Positions 40,765-52,600 of a stretch of DNA of 64,000 nucleotides are shown in pieces. Both the position numbers and the translations under genes were made by a program. This DNA comes from a virus, in IMG/VR virus record IMGVR_UViG_3300030228_000019. One strand, 5' to 3'. The notes below the pieces were generated by a model. The model was not told where the DNA came from. It saw nothing but the letters and a program-made list of their open reading frames with translations, and searched no databases. Position 1 is the first letter of the stretch. The number at the start of each line of letters is the position of its first letter.

Positions 40765-42333
40765 TTAAAACCCATTTTTCAATATTCTGTAAAACCACAC
40801 ATATCCATGCTTTGTTGTTTTTAACAACACTCCTTTTTTTATATGTCTTAGGTAGTCAGGTCTTAATAAAAAGTTTTTATCCCCATTTATTTTTATTTTA
40901 TAAAGTCTTTTATTATATTTTTCTTCAGGATGGTTCTGAAAATATTGTTCAATGTTTTTATAATATAATTTTTTCTCTTCAATTGTAATGTGCATAATAA
41001 ACAATATTATATTTAAAAATTAGCCTAAAAAAGAATCAAATTCTTTTTTTAATTTTATCCAACATTTTTTTATTGGTTGTAAAAATTGTTGAATTATTTG
41101 TTTTAAAAAATGTTTTTACAAGAATATCTTTTTTATCTGTTTTAAATTCTCTTGATGTTTTTTCTTTGGCTTCTGTTTTGTTAGAAAAATTATTTACACC
41201 TTTTAATACCCAACTTTTTGTATTATGATTATATTTATAAACAGCAAACATTGTCATATTATAATAAAAAAAAAATAAAACTTAAAATATAATATTATTA
41301 TATTTTGGTAATACCAGCAGCATTCAGTGTTTTTAAATCAAGATAACCTTTTTTATATTCACTCACACTTCCAATTCTGGCTGCTCTTTCTTCATCAGCA
41401 TCATAAAACCAGCCATATTCAGTTTCCTTTGTGTCATTTCCAAAAAAATCCTTTAAATAAAATTTAGCCCTTTTTTCAGCATCTTCAATAGTTTTTGCTA
41501 TGGTATAGTGTGTATAAGCATATTCATGTTCTCCATCTTTTACATCAATTTGTATTATATAGTAGTTCATTTTATTACCTTTTATTTCTTTTCATTATAT
41601 TTTTCAATAATATAATTACCATATAGATTATTTAAATATGTTCCATCTTTTTTATTTATATTTGTAAAAACAGCAGTATCATCTTTGTGGTTTGATTTAC
41701 TTTTTTTAATAAAACCAGTATATTTTAAACCATCCAATTTTAATGAAAATTTATTTTTATTAAATTTTAAATCAGTTAATTTTTCAAAGTTCATTTCATC
41801 ATCTTTTAATCTGGCTCCCATTTTAATATTGGTATAGGAATAACATCTCCCAGTGGTTTTTTATTAGATATAGTAATTACAATATCTTTATTTTTAAGAT
41901 AAAAATAATCTTCAATATAAATATTTGGCTGTTTTATAATTTTTTCAATTGATTTTATAATAAATTTTTGATATTCTTTATAATTGTCAAAGTTTTTATG
42001 CAAATACATAAAATCAATAATGTCACTATCATCTTCTTTACTTTTATAATTTGTTTTATATACATTAACAGAAATTTCACTCATTAATTTTTTTTGAATT
42101 GGATTTAGTATTTTTTCTATTTTTTGTTTTACTTTTTTTGTTGTTTTATAGTATTTTCCATAGCTTTTTATATAGTGGTTACTATTGGTTCTATCATAAA
42201 TATCTTCCTGAATTTCTATTTGACTATAATCTAGATTTTTATAATTTGTTTTTGTTGTCATATTTATAAAATAAGCAAAGTATTTAAAATAGTTTATAAT
42301 CAAATAATAACTTTTAAGGTAATTAATTGTCAT
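40765..42333 (-). other. Run of five small hypothetical CDS (40765-41004, 41036-41257, 41298-41570, 41582-41821, 41806-42333)
   Basis: Co-oriented, tightly packed ORFans; functions unknown. Confidence 0.65.
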
Positions 42334-42346
42334 AAAACTGATTATT

Positions 42347-42565
42347 ATGAAAACAAAAGATAAGACTGCAAAGAAAAATAAAAAGAAAAAAATAGATAAA
42401 ATACAATCAATAGAAATGGACCTATATTTTAGTGATTTAACACCAGATGCACAGAAAAGATTTTTAAAATTTGAAGGATTGAAATCAGCAGCAGAAGGAA
42501 ATTATGACATGGATATACTGCCTATTACAACTGTTGTTAGAGAAGAAGAAGACATAACTGATTGA
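42347..42565 (+). CDS. Hypothetical protein
   Basis: 72 aa, basic N-terminus, acidic C-terminus. Confidence 0.65.
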   Translation: MKTKDKTAKKNKKKKIDKIQSIEMDLYFSDLTPDAQKRFLKFEGLKSAAEGNYDMDILPITTVVREEEDITD

Positions 42566-42566
42566 C

Positions 42567-42583
42567 TTGTCAGCCTATGACAA
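42567..42583. promoter_or_regulatory. TTGTCA-N5-TGACAA inverted repeat between convergent genes
   Basis: Read directly; terminator or protein-binding site. Confidence 0.4.
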
Positions 42584-42645
42584 TTTTTTAGACAACTAGT
42601 TAAAAAACTGGCAATGGTTGGTCATATAAATTTATAAATTTAAGT

Positions 42646-43099
42646 CTAAATTCCAAACCTTTCTGCTTTTTCTTTTAATTCTTTATCCAAAAGGAATTCT
42701 TTAGTTTTTTCATATTTTTCTTTAATGAGCTTTACCCAATTACCATTTATAAATTTTTTAATTGTTATATTATAACATATTTTAGGATTTTCTGAAAATG
42801 GTTCATCATAAAGAAACTCTGAAAAAGTAGCATCAAGCAATACCTTTGCTGTGTCTAAATCAGTTATAAGCATTTTACTATCTAAGAAATTTTCTTTATA
42901 ATATAATACAAGTGATACTTTATAGTCTGGAGACATAATTGTAACATTATCTGGTTTAAAAAATAGCTTTTTTTCTTTTATTATTTTTAATTGAAGTATT
43001 ACCATATTTGTAAAAATATAAACTCCAAGTTGTAACTTTTTTTGCTAATTCTTCAAGTTCATTAAGTTTATTTTCAAGTTCTTTATTTTCTTTTGCCAA
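42646..43099 (-). pseudogene. Hypothetical gene interrupted by a +1 shift at ATT TTT TAA A
   Basis: TTG start after GTGA RBS; frame 1 ends at TAA 42956-42958; the +1 frame continues as ORF 42646-43005. Confidence 0.5.
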
Positions 43100-43115
43100 C
43101 TAATCACTTATTATT

Positions 43116-44122
43116 TTAATTATTTGAACCTGTAAAATAATATATTCCACTTTCATTTTTTATTTCAATATTACTTATTTTTACATTTTTTATTGGTGTT
43201 TCATAAGCTCTTTCTTCCCTATGTCTCCACCAAGAATCATCCATTTCTATTTTAAAATTAAAAAGTGCAAGTGGTATTTCTTTTTTAGATATTGGATGAT
43301 ATGTTACCACATAACCCCTTCCATTTTCAGGAAATTCATTAAAATCATTAGTATCTGGCACATCACCTGACTTATATTCAAGGCTTCCATCCCCAAATTT
43401 CTCAGCAAGGTCTTCAAGTTCCTTTGTTTCTTCAGGAAATTGCTCTTTAAATTCATCTCTTAAAGTCTCTGTCACAAATCTAAAGCCTTCACTACTCATT
43501 TATATCATCATATTTATTATAAAACCAACTTATTTAAAGATTACCTTTGCAGGTATTACCTTTACATTTGCAGGTATTACCTTTACATTATTGCTAACCC
43601 AAGTATGTATGTCAGCAACAATATCTTCATCTACATCTTCATTATAGGTGCAACTTATAATTGTATCCTTAAAAACATCATATACAAAAGTTGCCTTTTT
43701 TCCTCTTTTTATAAAGGCTACTTCTATGTAGCCATCCATCCAATCTTTTACAATTTTTTTGGCTTGACCACTATACTTGTCTTAACACTTTTGCTTAATC
43801 TTTCCTGTATCATTTTAGTTGCAAGTCCATCACAAATAGATTTTAAAGCATCTTCAACAAAAACAATATATTCAGCCTTTTCTGCATCAGTATATTTTTT
43901 GGGTAATATATTTGGCTCTTTAAAGTCAACATAAGTTACAATATCATTTTTTAGTTCCTTTTTTTTAGGCACACCCTCAAATACCCTTCTGAAATCTTTT
44001 TCCTCAAAATAAATTTTTTCAGTTACATCTGGTATATTCTTTTTTGTCTTCCTAACCTTTGGAGCAATTCTTTCATTTCTTATTATCATTTTCAGTTTGC
44101 TAAAATCTATTCCTTCCAACAT
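43116..44122 (-). other. Three small hypothetical CDS (43116-43499, 43530-43739, 43748-44122)
   Basis: Co-oriented ORFs with RBS-like GTGA/GATGA. Confidence 0.65.
43546..43587. repeat. Exact in-frame 21-bp tandem duplication
   Basis: TTTGCAGGTATTACCTTTACA x2, encoding the repeated NVKVIPA. Confidence 0.9.
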
Positions 44123-44154
44123 AATATCACTTATTTATGTTTATGCTAAAGTGT

Positions 44155-44688
44155 TTAAAATACATTATAAAAATAATTATATATTTCTCCCCAATTTTTC
44201 ATTACTAAAATATTTTTATTTAAAGGCAATTCTATTTCTTTTCTTGTTGAAAACAAAATTCCTGTCTGTTTTTTTGAAAGTGTTTTTAATATATCAATCC
44301 TGTCATCTATGAGAATATCACAGTGCTTGTGTTTATCAGAGGGACTTACATGCCAAAATTCTGAATACATTATATTTTTTAACTTTAACCACCTTTTAAT
44401 ATTTTCTGTGTTTCCATAAGTAGATGTTATTATTACAATCTTATATTTTTGAGAAAGAGTTTTAACATAAAATGGTATATTTTCATCATATAATTTAACT
44501 TTTTTCCAGTTAGCCCATTTATAATTAAAATAAGTTCCCATTGCAAATTTAATTATCTTTTCAAAAACACCATTTTCTGTTGCAACTTTGTTATACATCT
44601 TTCTTAATAGTTCTTTTTGTGAAGTTGAAAAACTACTTTCCAGTGATTTTGAAAGGACTCCATCCACATCTATTCCAAGTGTTTGCAT
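44155..44688 (-). CDS. HAD-family 5'(3')-deoxyribonucleotidase-like
   Basis: IDVDGVL, IITS, K...DILIDD. Confidence 0.8.
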   Translation of the reverse strand: MQTLGIDVDGVLSKSLESSFSTSQKELLRKMYNKVATENGVFEKIIKFAMGTYFNYKWANWKKVKLYDENIPFYVKTLSQKYKIVIITSTYGNTENIKRWLKLKNIMYSEFWHVSPSDKHKHCDILIDDRIDILKTLSKKQTGILFSTRKEIELPLNKNILVMKNWGEIYNYFYNVF

Positions 44689-44774
44689 GTATTATCACTT
44701 GCATGTATATTTTAAATTATTATTATTTTAAAATAACATTTTCATTTTTTCTGAAATATCAAAATATAGTATAG

Positions 44775-45467
44775 TTAGAGTTTCTTTTGTTTTTTATCAG
44801 TTATTACTTTTGCCAGTTTAAAAACATCTTGATTATTTTTAACAAAATGATTTCTTGCTTCTATAAAGGCTGTTGTAGATATTTTTGATTGCCACTCATA
44901 AACAGCATCTCTTATTTCATCTTCTACTAAATTAAGATTTAAAAATAAATCAGAAATTGATTGTGCTTTTAAAATAGCATATTTTGCATTTCTTTTATAA
45001 TCCTTAATATTTTCTTTTTCAAAATCTTCATAATCAAGGTTGACATTTTCCTTTGTTTCTTCTATTATTTCATTTAGCTGTTCATTTGTTAGATTTGGAA
45101 ATTCATCAAGTAAATCATCTTTATATGATTCATAATCAACTGACTCATATAAATTTCCAAAATGCCATGCATTATTGTCTCCAGAAATCTCATATAAACC
45201 ATTTCCTGTTTTTAGAGAATTTAGTAACATTGTTTTTATTTTTAATAATGTTATATTACCTTCTGTTATTTGTTTGTCTAATTCTCTTGCAAACTCAACA
45301 CTATATTTTGAATTTTTGCATCTTATCATGAAACCCATTAAATCTGAATCATCACCACTCCAAAACCAACCAGCATCAGTCATGTTTCCAAGTGTCAATT
45401 CCATTTTTCCATTATCATATTCCATTTTTATATTGTTAGATATTTCTATTCTAAAGTTCATGTTCAC
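44775..45467 (-). CDS. Hypothetical acidic protein
   Basis: 230-aa ORF. Confidence 0.7.
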   Translation of the reverse strand: MNMNFRIEISNNIKMEYDNGKMELTLGNMTDAGWFWSGDDSDLMGFMIRCKNSKYSVEFARELDKQITEGNITLLKIKTMLLNSLKTGNGLYEISGDNNAWHFGNLYESVDYESYKDDLLDEFPNLTNEQLNEIIEETKENVNLDYEDFEKENIKDYKRNAKYAILKAQSISDLFLNLNLVEDEIRDAVYEWQSKISTTAFIEARNHFVKNNQDVFKLAKVITDKKQKKL

Positions 45468-45511
45468 ACCTTATCAATATATTTTTTAATAGTTTATTAT
45501 TTATTCTTCAG

Positions 45512-45757
45512 CTATTCTTTTCTTTTTAATACTTCAATTATATCTTTTATCATATCATTATATAAATATATGGTTTCTGCTTCTCCATAAAAGTCCTTAT
45601 TGGTGATAGATATTCCTTTAACTTTATCATTATATTTAGTAATTTCAACATAATACTCTCCAAAATCATAGTCTTTTAGTCCACCAATTATAGTATATAT
45701 TATGTTTCCATCTTTGTCAATCTTTCTCTTAACATTTTCTATTTTTAGTTTTTACAT
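45512..45757 (-). pseudogene. 81-codon gene with TAA at codon 2
   Basis: ATG TAA then an open coding-like frame KLKIENVKRKIDKDGNIIYTIIGG... to TAG. Confidence 0.55.
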
Positions 45758-45775
45758 GTTATCATCTATATACTG

Positions 45776-46063
45776 TTATTTAGTATTTAAAACCTTTTCT
45801 CTATAATAAGCTTTTGTTATTTGTCTATCTACAACTCTGTTAAAATTTGTTAATTCTTGCTGTAGTTCTTTTTTATATATTTCTTTATGAGCCCTTACCT
45901 TTTTCAACCCAGCTCTATAAATGTTCACTAAAGAGAGAGATGTAAATTTATCTAAGCTATGATTATTATAAGATTCTATAATATAAGATAAATTATCTTG
46001 TATAGTTTTTTCAAGAATGTTGCTATTTATTAAGTTTTCAATCTCTTTATATTTTTCATTCAT
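45776..46063 (-). CDS. Hypothetical protein
   Basis: 95-aa ORF. Confidence 0.65.
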   Translation of the reverse strand: MNEKYKEIENLINSNILEKTIQDNLSYIIESYNNHSLDKFTSLSLVNIYRAGLKKVRAHKEIYKKELQQELTNFNRVVDRQITKAYYREKVLNTK

Positions 46064-46113
46064 TTTAATACCCCTTTGTCATATATTTAATAAATATATG
46101 CATACACAAATAT

Positions 46114-46875
46114 TTAATGTTTTCTTATTAGATTATAAGAATAAACCTGTGTTATTTTGGTCTTTTCTTTATTAAGCTCACAATTATTTAAAATTATAAT
46201 ATATGCAGTAGTTATTGATTCATCTTTTATAATAAAAGCATCATCAATTTCTAATTTGCCAGTATCATCTGTTACAAATAATTTATCATTTTCAATAACA
46301 GGTGTTCCTCTTATATTTAAGAAAGGTTTATTTAGTTTAATATCTTTTATCTTTGTATAAAATATATTTTCATCAGAAAGATATTTTTTTATAATATCAG
46401 TTGAAATAGCTTTTTTTGATAAAGAAAATGCTTTTTGTGGTTGGCTTAAACACCTATTACATCTTGTGTAAATCCAACCTGTTTGTTCTAGCTGACCATT
46501 TTCAACAAGTTTTCCACAGGATTCACATATTTTTGAAGAAAGAGATTCTGCCCTTGAAATAATTTCATCTTCTTTTTCAGTTGAGCCATAGACATAAAAT
46601 CTTAGTGTGCCAAATTTTTCTTTTACTTCTTCAACAACAATGTTTTTATTATTTTCAATTTGTGAGCAGAGAACATCAATTAAATTAAACCAGCCATTGC
46701 CACACATTAAGCCAAAAACCAATAAATCTGTTATTGGCTGAATCTCTTTCTCATAAATTGAAGGATTCCATATTTCCATATTTTGCTCAATAATATTTTT
46801 GATAATATTTTTGTTTTGTTTTGGCTGTAATATTGGATGTTTTCTTTCAAGTATTAGTTCATATTTTTTATCCAT
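46114..46875 (-). CDS. Phage-type conserved protein (KEKFGTLRFY motif) with Zn site
   Basis: CGNGWFNLI...VKEKFGTLRFY...ICESCG...CNRC; extra C-terminal domain. Confidence 0.7.
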   Translation of the reverse strand: MDKKYELILERKHPILQPKQNKNIIKNIIEQNMEIWNPSIYEKEIQPITDLLVFGLMCGNGWFNLIDVLCSQIENNKNIVVEEVKEKFGTLRFYVYGSTEKEDEIISRAESLSSKICESCGKLVENGQLEQTGWIYTRCNRCLSQPQKAFSLSKKAISTDIIKKYLSDENIFYTKIKDIKLNKPFLNIRGTPVIENDKLFVTDDTGKLEIDDAFIIKDESITTAYIIILNNCELNKEKTKITQVYSYNLIRKH

Positions 46876-46889
46876 TTACATCACAGGTT

Positions 46890-47641
46890 TTAGATACAAT
46901 TATCTTCAACAATATATTTATTTAAGTCTTTTTCATAATCCTTCTGCATTTTTTTTATTTTTGCATCAATTTTTCCTGCTTGTTTTTCTAATTGTCTTTT
47001 ATATATTTCTTCAAAAAGATATTCATTAAGTAGAGTGTCATTGTCTGAAAAAGATTTGCCAATTGATAAACAATAACCAACTGTTTCATACTCTTCTAAA
47101 AGCTCTTCATCAGACATTGTTTTAATATTTTCTTTTTCTAACTCAAGCATACTGTAACCAATTAAACTTCAGTTTTTTCATTAAATTCTTTTTTATATTC
47201 TGGTTCTTTACTACATCCATTATTTTTTCTATTTCTGTTTTTACCATTTTATCACTTAATAAAATTATCATCTTTATCTTTATTCTTCAGCCACACCTCA
47301 TAAACTGATGTTGGAGAGTGCCCCAAATAAACAGTTTCTCTTATTGAGTTTTTTTCATATGTTGTTATTTTATATTTTTTAAGAATTGTTTCAATAATAT
47401 CTGTAAATTTCTTTTCTGGTAAATAATATTTAAAAAACCAGTTGCTTTTATCTCCTGCATATTTCTTTTTTACAAGTTCATAATCAATGCTTGGTGTGGC
47501 TTCTGCAAATAGTTTGGTATATATTTCATCTACAATTTTAAATAATTTATCTCTGCTTGTCATTAAATCTCCCTTTTTCTTTTTCAGTGTTTGCTGCCAT
47601 TTTATTATCAATTGATACTCATTCTGTTTACTTAAAAACAA
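46890..47641 (-). other. Two small hypothetical CDS (46890-47150, 47252-47641)
   Basis: Co-oriented ORFs; the second probably starts at MTSRDK. Confidence 0.6.
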
Positions 47642-47997
47642 TACAATATTGTAATACCTAATATTTATAGATTATGCTATAAATAATTTTATGTGAATAT
47701 AATCAAAAACAAGAGATTATTTATAAAGAAGTCTTCTTGCAAAATATTTCAAATAAACTTGAACTAGGATTTTGTCCATCATCAGAATTTTTGTTTATTC
47801 TAATAGAATCTTTATTATTCATAAAATGCACCAGCTTGATTTATTCATTTTTTTAATAAATTATGCTGCTTTCATATCAGACTTATCTGTTTTTTAATTA
47901 TTTCACAGTCTCTTTTATTATAAGCAGATATATCACCAATAAATTTTAATCAACAACATTATATATAAAAGTATTTAAAATGTTTATTTTGATTTAA

Positions 47998-49665
47998 TTA
48001 AAGAAGTTTATTAACAGCCTCTTCCATTTCATTCTTTGAAAAATTAAATCCAAGTTTTTCAACACTATTTTTTTCTCCAGTCAAAGCACTTGAATATGCT
48101 ATTTTTTTCATAAGTATTTTTTTAACAGTTTCATCAAATTTTGTGTTTGTTAACAAATAATAAACATTTACTTTATCAGTTGTTGATGTTTTTCTTATCA
48201 TTCTATATGTTCTTTGCCTTATTTTGCTTGCAAGAAGGGGTAGGTCATAATGCACCATTGCAGTTGTTGTTTCAAGATTTATTCCATAGGCAAGAATATC
48301 TGATGTGACTAAAATGTTTATTTCTTTTGAGTCTTTGTATTCTTTTATTTTTACTTCTCTTTCTGTCTTTTTTAAATCAGAAGTTATACTAATAACCTTG
48401 AATCCATCATTTTGCAATTGAATTGTTAATTTATTCAAAATCAGTCTATATGAAGTAAATACAACCAGTTTTTCATTTATTTTTTCATTGAGTAGTTTTT
48501 TTAATTCATCATATTTTTTACTGGATATTTCTTTTTCAGGCATGTTGTAATTAGCATCATCTAAAACAAGCCTTGTTCTCTGAAACATGTCTAAAAGCAT
48601 GTTTGTGTCTGATTTATATTTTTTAAACATGAGTTCCTGCCTTAGTTTTTGTAGTTCAAGACCCTGTTCTTTGCTAAGGTCAACAAATATATCTTTTACT
48701 ATAATGTTTATTTTATTTAGTTCAGTGCCAACATCCTCTCTTGTTCTTTTTAGAAAGTATGGTTCAATTTCTTTAATTAGTTGTGATAAATTTTTAAAAA
48801 GAACAGGCTTTTTGATTATTTTGTTTCCAAAATGAAGAGTTTTGTAAACAACATAGTTGTTTACAAAGGTATCATATTCAAAAATATTAGTAAAGGTGTT
48901 TACTATATAAAAAAGGTCTAAAGGATGTTTTTCAACAATTTCACCAGACAATAACCAGTAATATTTTGCTTTAATCTTCATTAAACCAGTTCTTGCTTGT
49001 GTTGGATTTCTAAGAATACTTGCTTCATCACACACAATAATATCTGGATTAAATTTTATGTATTCTTCAAGATTTTTAGACCTTAATTGTTCATAATTTA
49101 TTATTGTTGTATTTTTTTCAAATTCAGGATTATCATAAGAAAAAACATTTATTGTTTTTTGCCATGCTGAAATTGTGCTGGGCAAAACAACAATCAAAAT
49201 CTTATTTATTTTTTTGGAATCAAATAAAAGTTTTAATGCAATAACTGTTTCAACTGTTTTGCCAAGACCTAAATCATCACCAAGTATTGCAAAGGTTCTA
49301 TTCAAAAGAAAATGAACACCATCAATTTGATATTTTGCAATTTCAAAATTGAAATCAGGATTTTTAACATCAAGGTCTGTTTTTATTTTATTCATTTTTT
49401 CTTCAACAAAATCCTTGTTAAAATTATTGGTTACATATAATTTTTCAATAGTTTGTTCTTCAAAACTTATGTTGTTTAAAAGAAAAGCAGTTTCTAAGTC
49501 TTTCTTTTTATCTTTTTGTAAAACCCAGAGTTTTGTTATTGGCTGATATTTGCACCCAAATTCTTTTAATATTTCATTTATTTTTTTATCAATAACATCA
49601 AATTTAAAACTATTATTTTTTATTGAAATAATATTATTATTTTCAAATATTGTTATTTTTTGCAT
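47998..49665 (-). CDS. SNF2/SMARCAL1-like helicase
   Basis: LGDDLGLGKT, VCDEAS, LVVFTSY, YGINL, VHYDLP; short HARP-like N-terminus; motifs III and VI are divergent. Confidence 0.85.
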   Translation of the reverse strand: MQKITIFENNNIISIKNNSFKFDVIDKKINEILKEFGCKYQPITKLWVLQKDKKKDLETAFLLNNISFEEQTIEKLYVTNNFNKDFVEEKMNKIKTDLDVKNPDFNFEIAKYQIDGVHFLLNRTFAILGDDLGLGKTVETVIALKLLFDSKKINKILIVVLPSTISAWQKTINVFSYDNPEFEKNTTIINYEQLRSKNLEEYIKFNPDIIVCDEASILRNPTQARTGLMKIKAKYYWLLSGEIVEKHPLDLFYIVNTFTNIFEYDTFVNNYVVYKTLHFGNKIIKKPVLFKNLSQLIKEIEPYFLKRTREDVGTELNKINIIVKDIFVDLSKEQGLELQKLRQELMFKKYKSDTNMLLDMFQRTRLVLDDANYNMPEKEISSKKYDELKKLLNEKINEKLVVFTSYRLILNKLTIQLQNDGFKVISITSDLKKTEREVKIKEYKDSKEINILVTSDILAYGINLETTTAMVHYDLPLLASKIRQRTYRMIRKTSTTDKVNVYYLLTNTKFDETVKKILMKKIAYSSALTGEKNSVEKLGFNFSKNEMEEAVNKLL

Positions 49666-49666
49666 A

Positions 49667-52600
49667 TTAGCCACTTTGAACATTACCAATTGTTATGCTT
49701 GGCATAATACCATTTGGTGGAACAAGTCTTGTTCTTATCCAATAAATTGGTCCAATTGTTTCACCACTTGATTGTGAAATAAAACCTAAATGCCCAGACC
49801 ATCCAGAATAATCAATTCCAGAAATGGTTGCTTTATTACCATAATTTGAAAATCCATTTAATGTTGTAGATGTTGAATAAACTGTTGGTAATTCTATACT
49901 ATAAATAACACTATTGGTATTTGGTAAATTTAATGCTGGAGAATCAGCATAAATATCACTTCCAGATGAACCCCATGCCACTAATCCATCATGTGGCACA
50001 CCACTAAATCCAAAATTTCCAATTCCACCAAAATTATTGTTATCATTTGAACTATTAATTAATCCTAAAAGGACAAGATTGTTTACCCCAGTTTTTCCAG
50101 ATACATCCATTTCACCATAAAAATCAAGTATTATTGGACCAGTTGTTGTATATGTTGTTGTGTATATTTCTGGTGGACTAGTGCCTGATTCACTTGATTC
50201 AGGGTTTACTGTGATTCCATTTGATACAACATAGTTATTATTTGTTCCATAATAAGCAGTCCATTTGCTTGTGTTTAAACTTGTTCCTTTGAAGTTAGAA
50301 TAAAAATTAAATACTTTAGCACCATTATCATATTGTCCATATGTTGAGGTCATATTTGGTGCTTCTCCTGCATAATTTTTATCATAATTAACTGTTTTTT
50401 GCTCAAAGGTCATGTTTATAACTGCACTTGAACTTCCATTTATAACAAATGGTAGCTTAACCCAAAAAACAGTATTTGTAGAAGTATTAGAACATCCAGA
50501 CTCACACCAAGAATACAATTCAGTTGTTCCATAATAAAATCTTATGTTTCCTAAATTCCCATTTTCATAAGAAGAATATGTTGAAGGATTAAAAATGATT
50601 TGTTGTTGAAATCCTGGTAATGTTGCAACTGTTTGTGAATTTGTTAATGTAATTGGTGAAAAATAAAATTTTGGTATAAAATTTGCTGTTTCTGTTATTG
50701 GATTATTTATTGTAAATGTAGTTATAGAATTTGTTCCACTATAACTTCCTGCACCAGTTCCTGTATAATTTTTAAACATACCAGTTGTTGAATTTACTGC
50801 TGTCAGTGTTATTTTTTGGTTTAATGGAACATAATAATTACAGGTTGTTTTGCAGGTTGATGTTGTGCCATTTGCAAAAGTTATTTGCACAGAAGTTCCT
50901 GAAACTGAAGATGTTGAATTATGAATAATTAAAGTAAATGGTGCTTCTCCATTATTATAGTCCCCTTCTAATGTGCAATTTGCATAAGAAGCTTTCATTA
51001 CAAAGTTTCCAGTATTTGTTGTGCCTATAATTTTATTACACAAACTTACATTCTTAAATGTATATAAATTTCCAACAGGAGAAGTGTATGTTGAAAGAAA
51101 AGTATAATTATAATTATAAGAAGCATCAAATAATGCAGATGTGTTTGTAGTATAAGTTGTTTTATTTATAACTACACTCATACCACCATAACTTGTATTT
51201 ATAAATAGGTTATATGGTGCAATTACATGAACAACAGAAACAGGACTAACTGCTGAAAAGTTTCCAGTTGAACCTTCTGCTTTTGCACAATAATAGGTTG
51301 TATTTTTAGGTGTAACAGTTGCTAATGTTGAGTTATCAATTACAGAAAATCCACTTGTTAAAGCAGTTGTGCAGGTTGTATTTGTATAACCATAATACCA
51401 ATAAGCAGTATATGGTGGTTTATAACCCAAAATATTACTGGTTAAATTTATTGATTGTCCTATGTTAATGGTTGAATTAAATGGTGTTGGCTGTGTTATA
51501 TTCATTATAAATTGATTTAGATAGAATTCACTTGCTGGACTTTTTGTAATAGAACCATTTCTATCTTCAACTGTGTAATAAAAACTATAATTACCAGTTA
51601 AATTAGCAGATGAAGTAACAAAAGTTGTATTAGCTGTTTGTGTTGTTTTATATAAACTGTATAAATTATTATTTGGTGCTTTTTCATACCATTTGAAATT
51701 GAAATAGGTTGGAACTCCACCAGTTGGGTGTGCTTGTAAATCTTCTGTTATTCTTTGATATGCTGGTATTGGTTTAAAGGTTATTGGTTTTCCAACAAGT
51801 AATGGATTTATATTTCCAATGTATAGGTAAATTGGACCTGAACCATTTATTGTTATGCTTTTTTGTGCAACAAAATGATTGAAACTTGAAAATTCTGCAA
51901 TATATTTTCCATTTTTAACAGTTATATGTGTTCCATTATCTGAAATTGGAAAAGAATAATTTGATATTCCAACAAGTGTGCTTTCTCCTGGAACAACAAT
52001 ATCATTAGCTGTTTCAATATAAAACACTGGTCTGCTTGTTTTATAAAATTTAAGATTTATTGTTGAATTTACTGGACCAAAATAAGTCCCATTTTCTATA
52101 TTAGTATTTGTGCATTTTTCATAACAATATGTTATATTTATCATTTTTCCTGAATAAGGAATATTAATGATATTGTTGTATGTTCCTGATGCTATGTTGT
52201 AATTATTATATGATTGTATATTATTAATCTTTATATTTATTTCATTTGTTGGAATAAAAGTTTGTGTTCCATTTTGTATTAAAAAACTAATATTTAATGT
52301 TTTTATTGTCAATGGTAATGTATAGTTTGTTCCAACAAAATAAGGTTTATATACATTAAAATAGGATGACATTAGCTTTAGACTATTTATATCACTTGTA
52401 ATAGGAAAATAGTAGGTTGAAAGATTCTGAAATAAGGGTTGAGTTAATTTTCCATTTATATAAACATAAGTTGAAGAATACATGTTTTTGATTTCTAATA
52501 ATTTTTGTTGAATTAATGGTATTGTTTTTACATAATAAAGATTAGTAGAATAAATAACCAGATTACCAGAAATTGTATTTGGTTGAATAAAAAATCTGCT

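Noticed and set aside
47650-47990. Gap between 47641 and the SNF2 gene as a hidden gene
   Set aside because: Only a 33-codon ORF and multi-stop frames; no supportable call.
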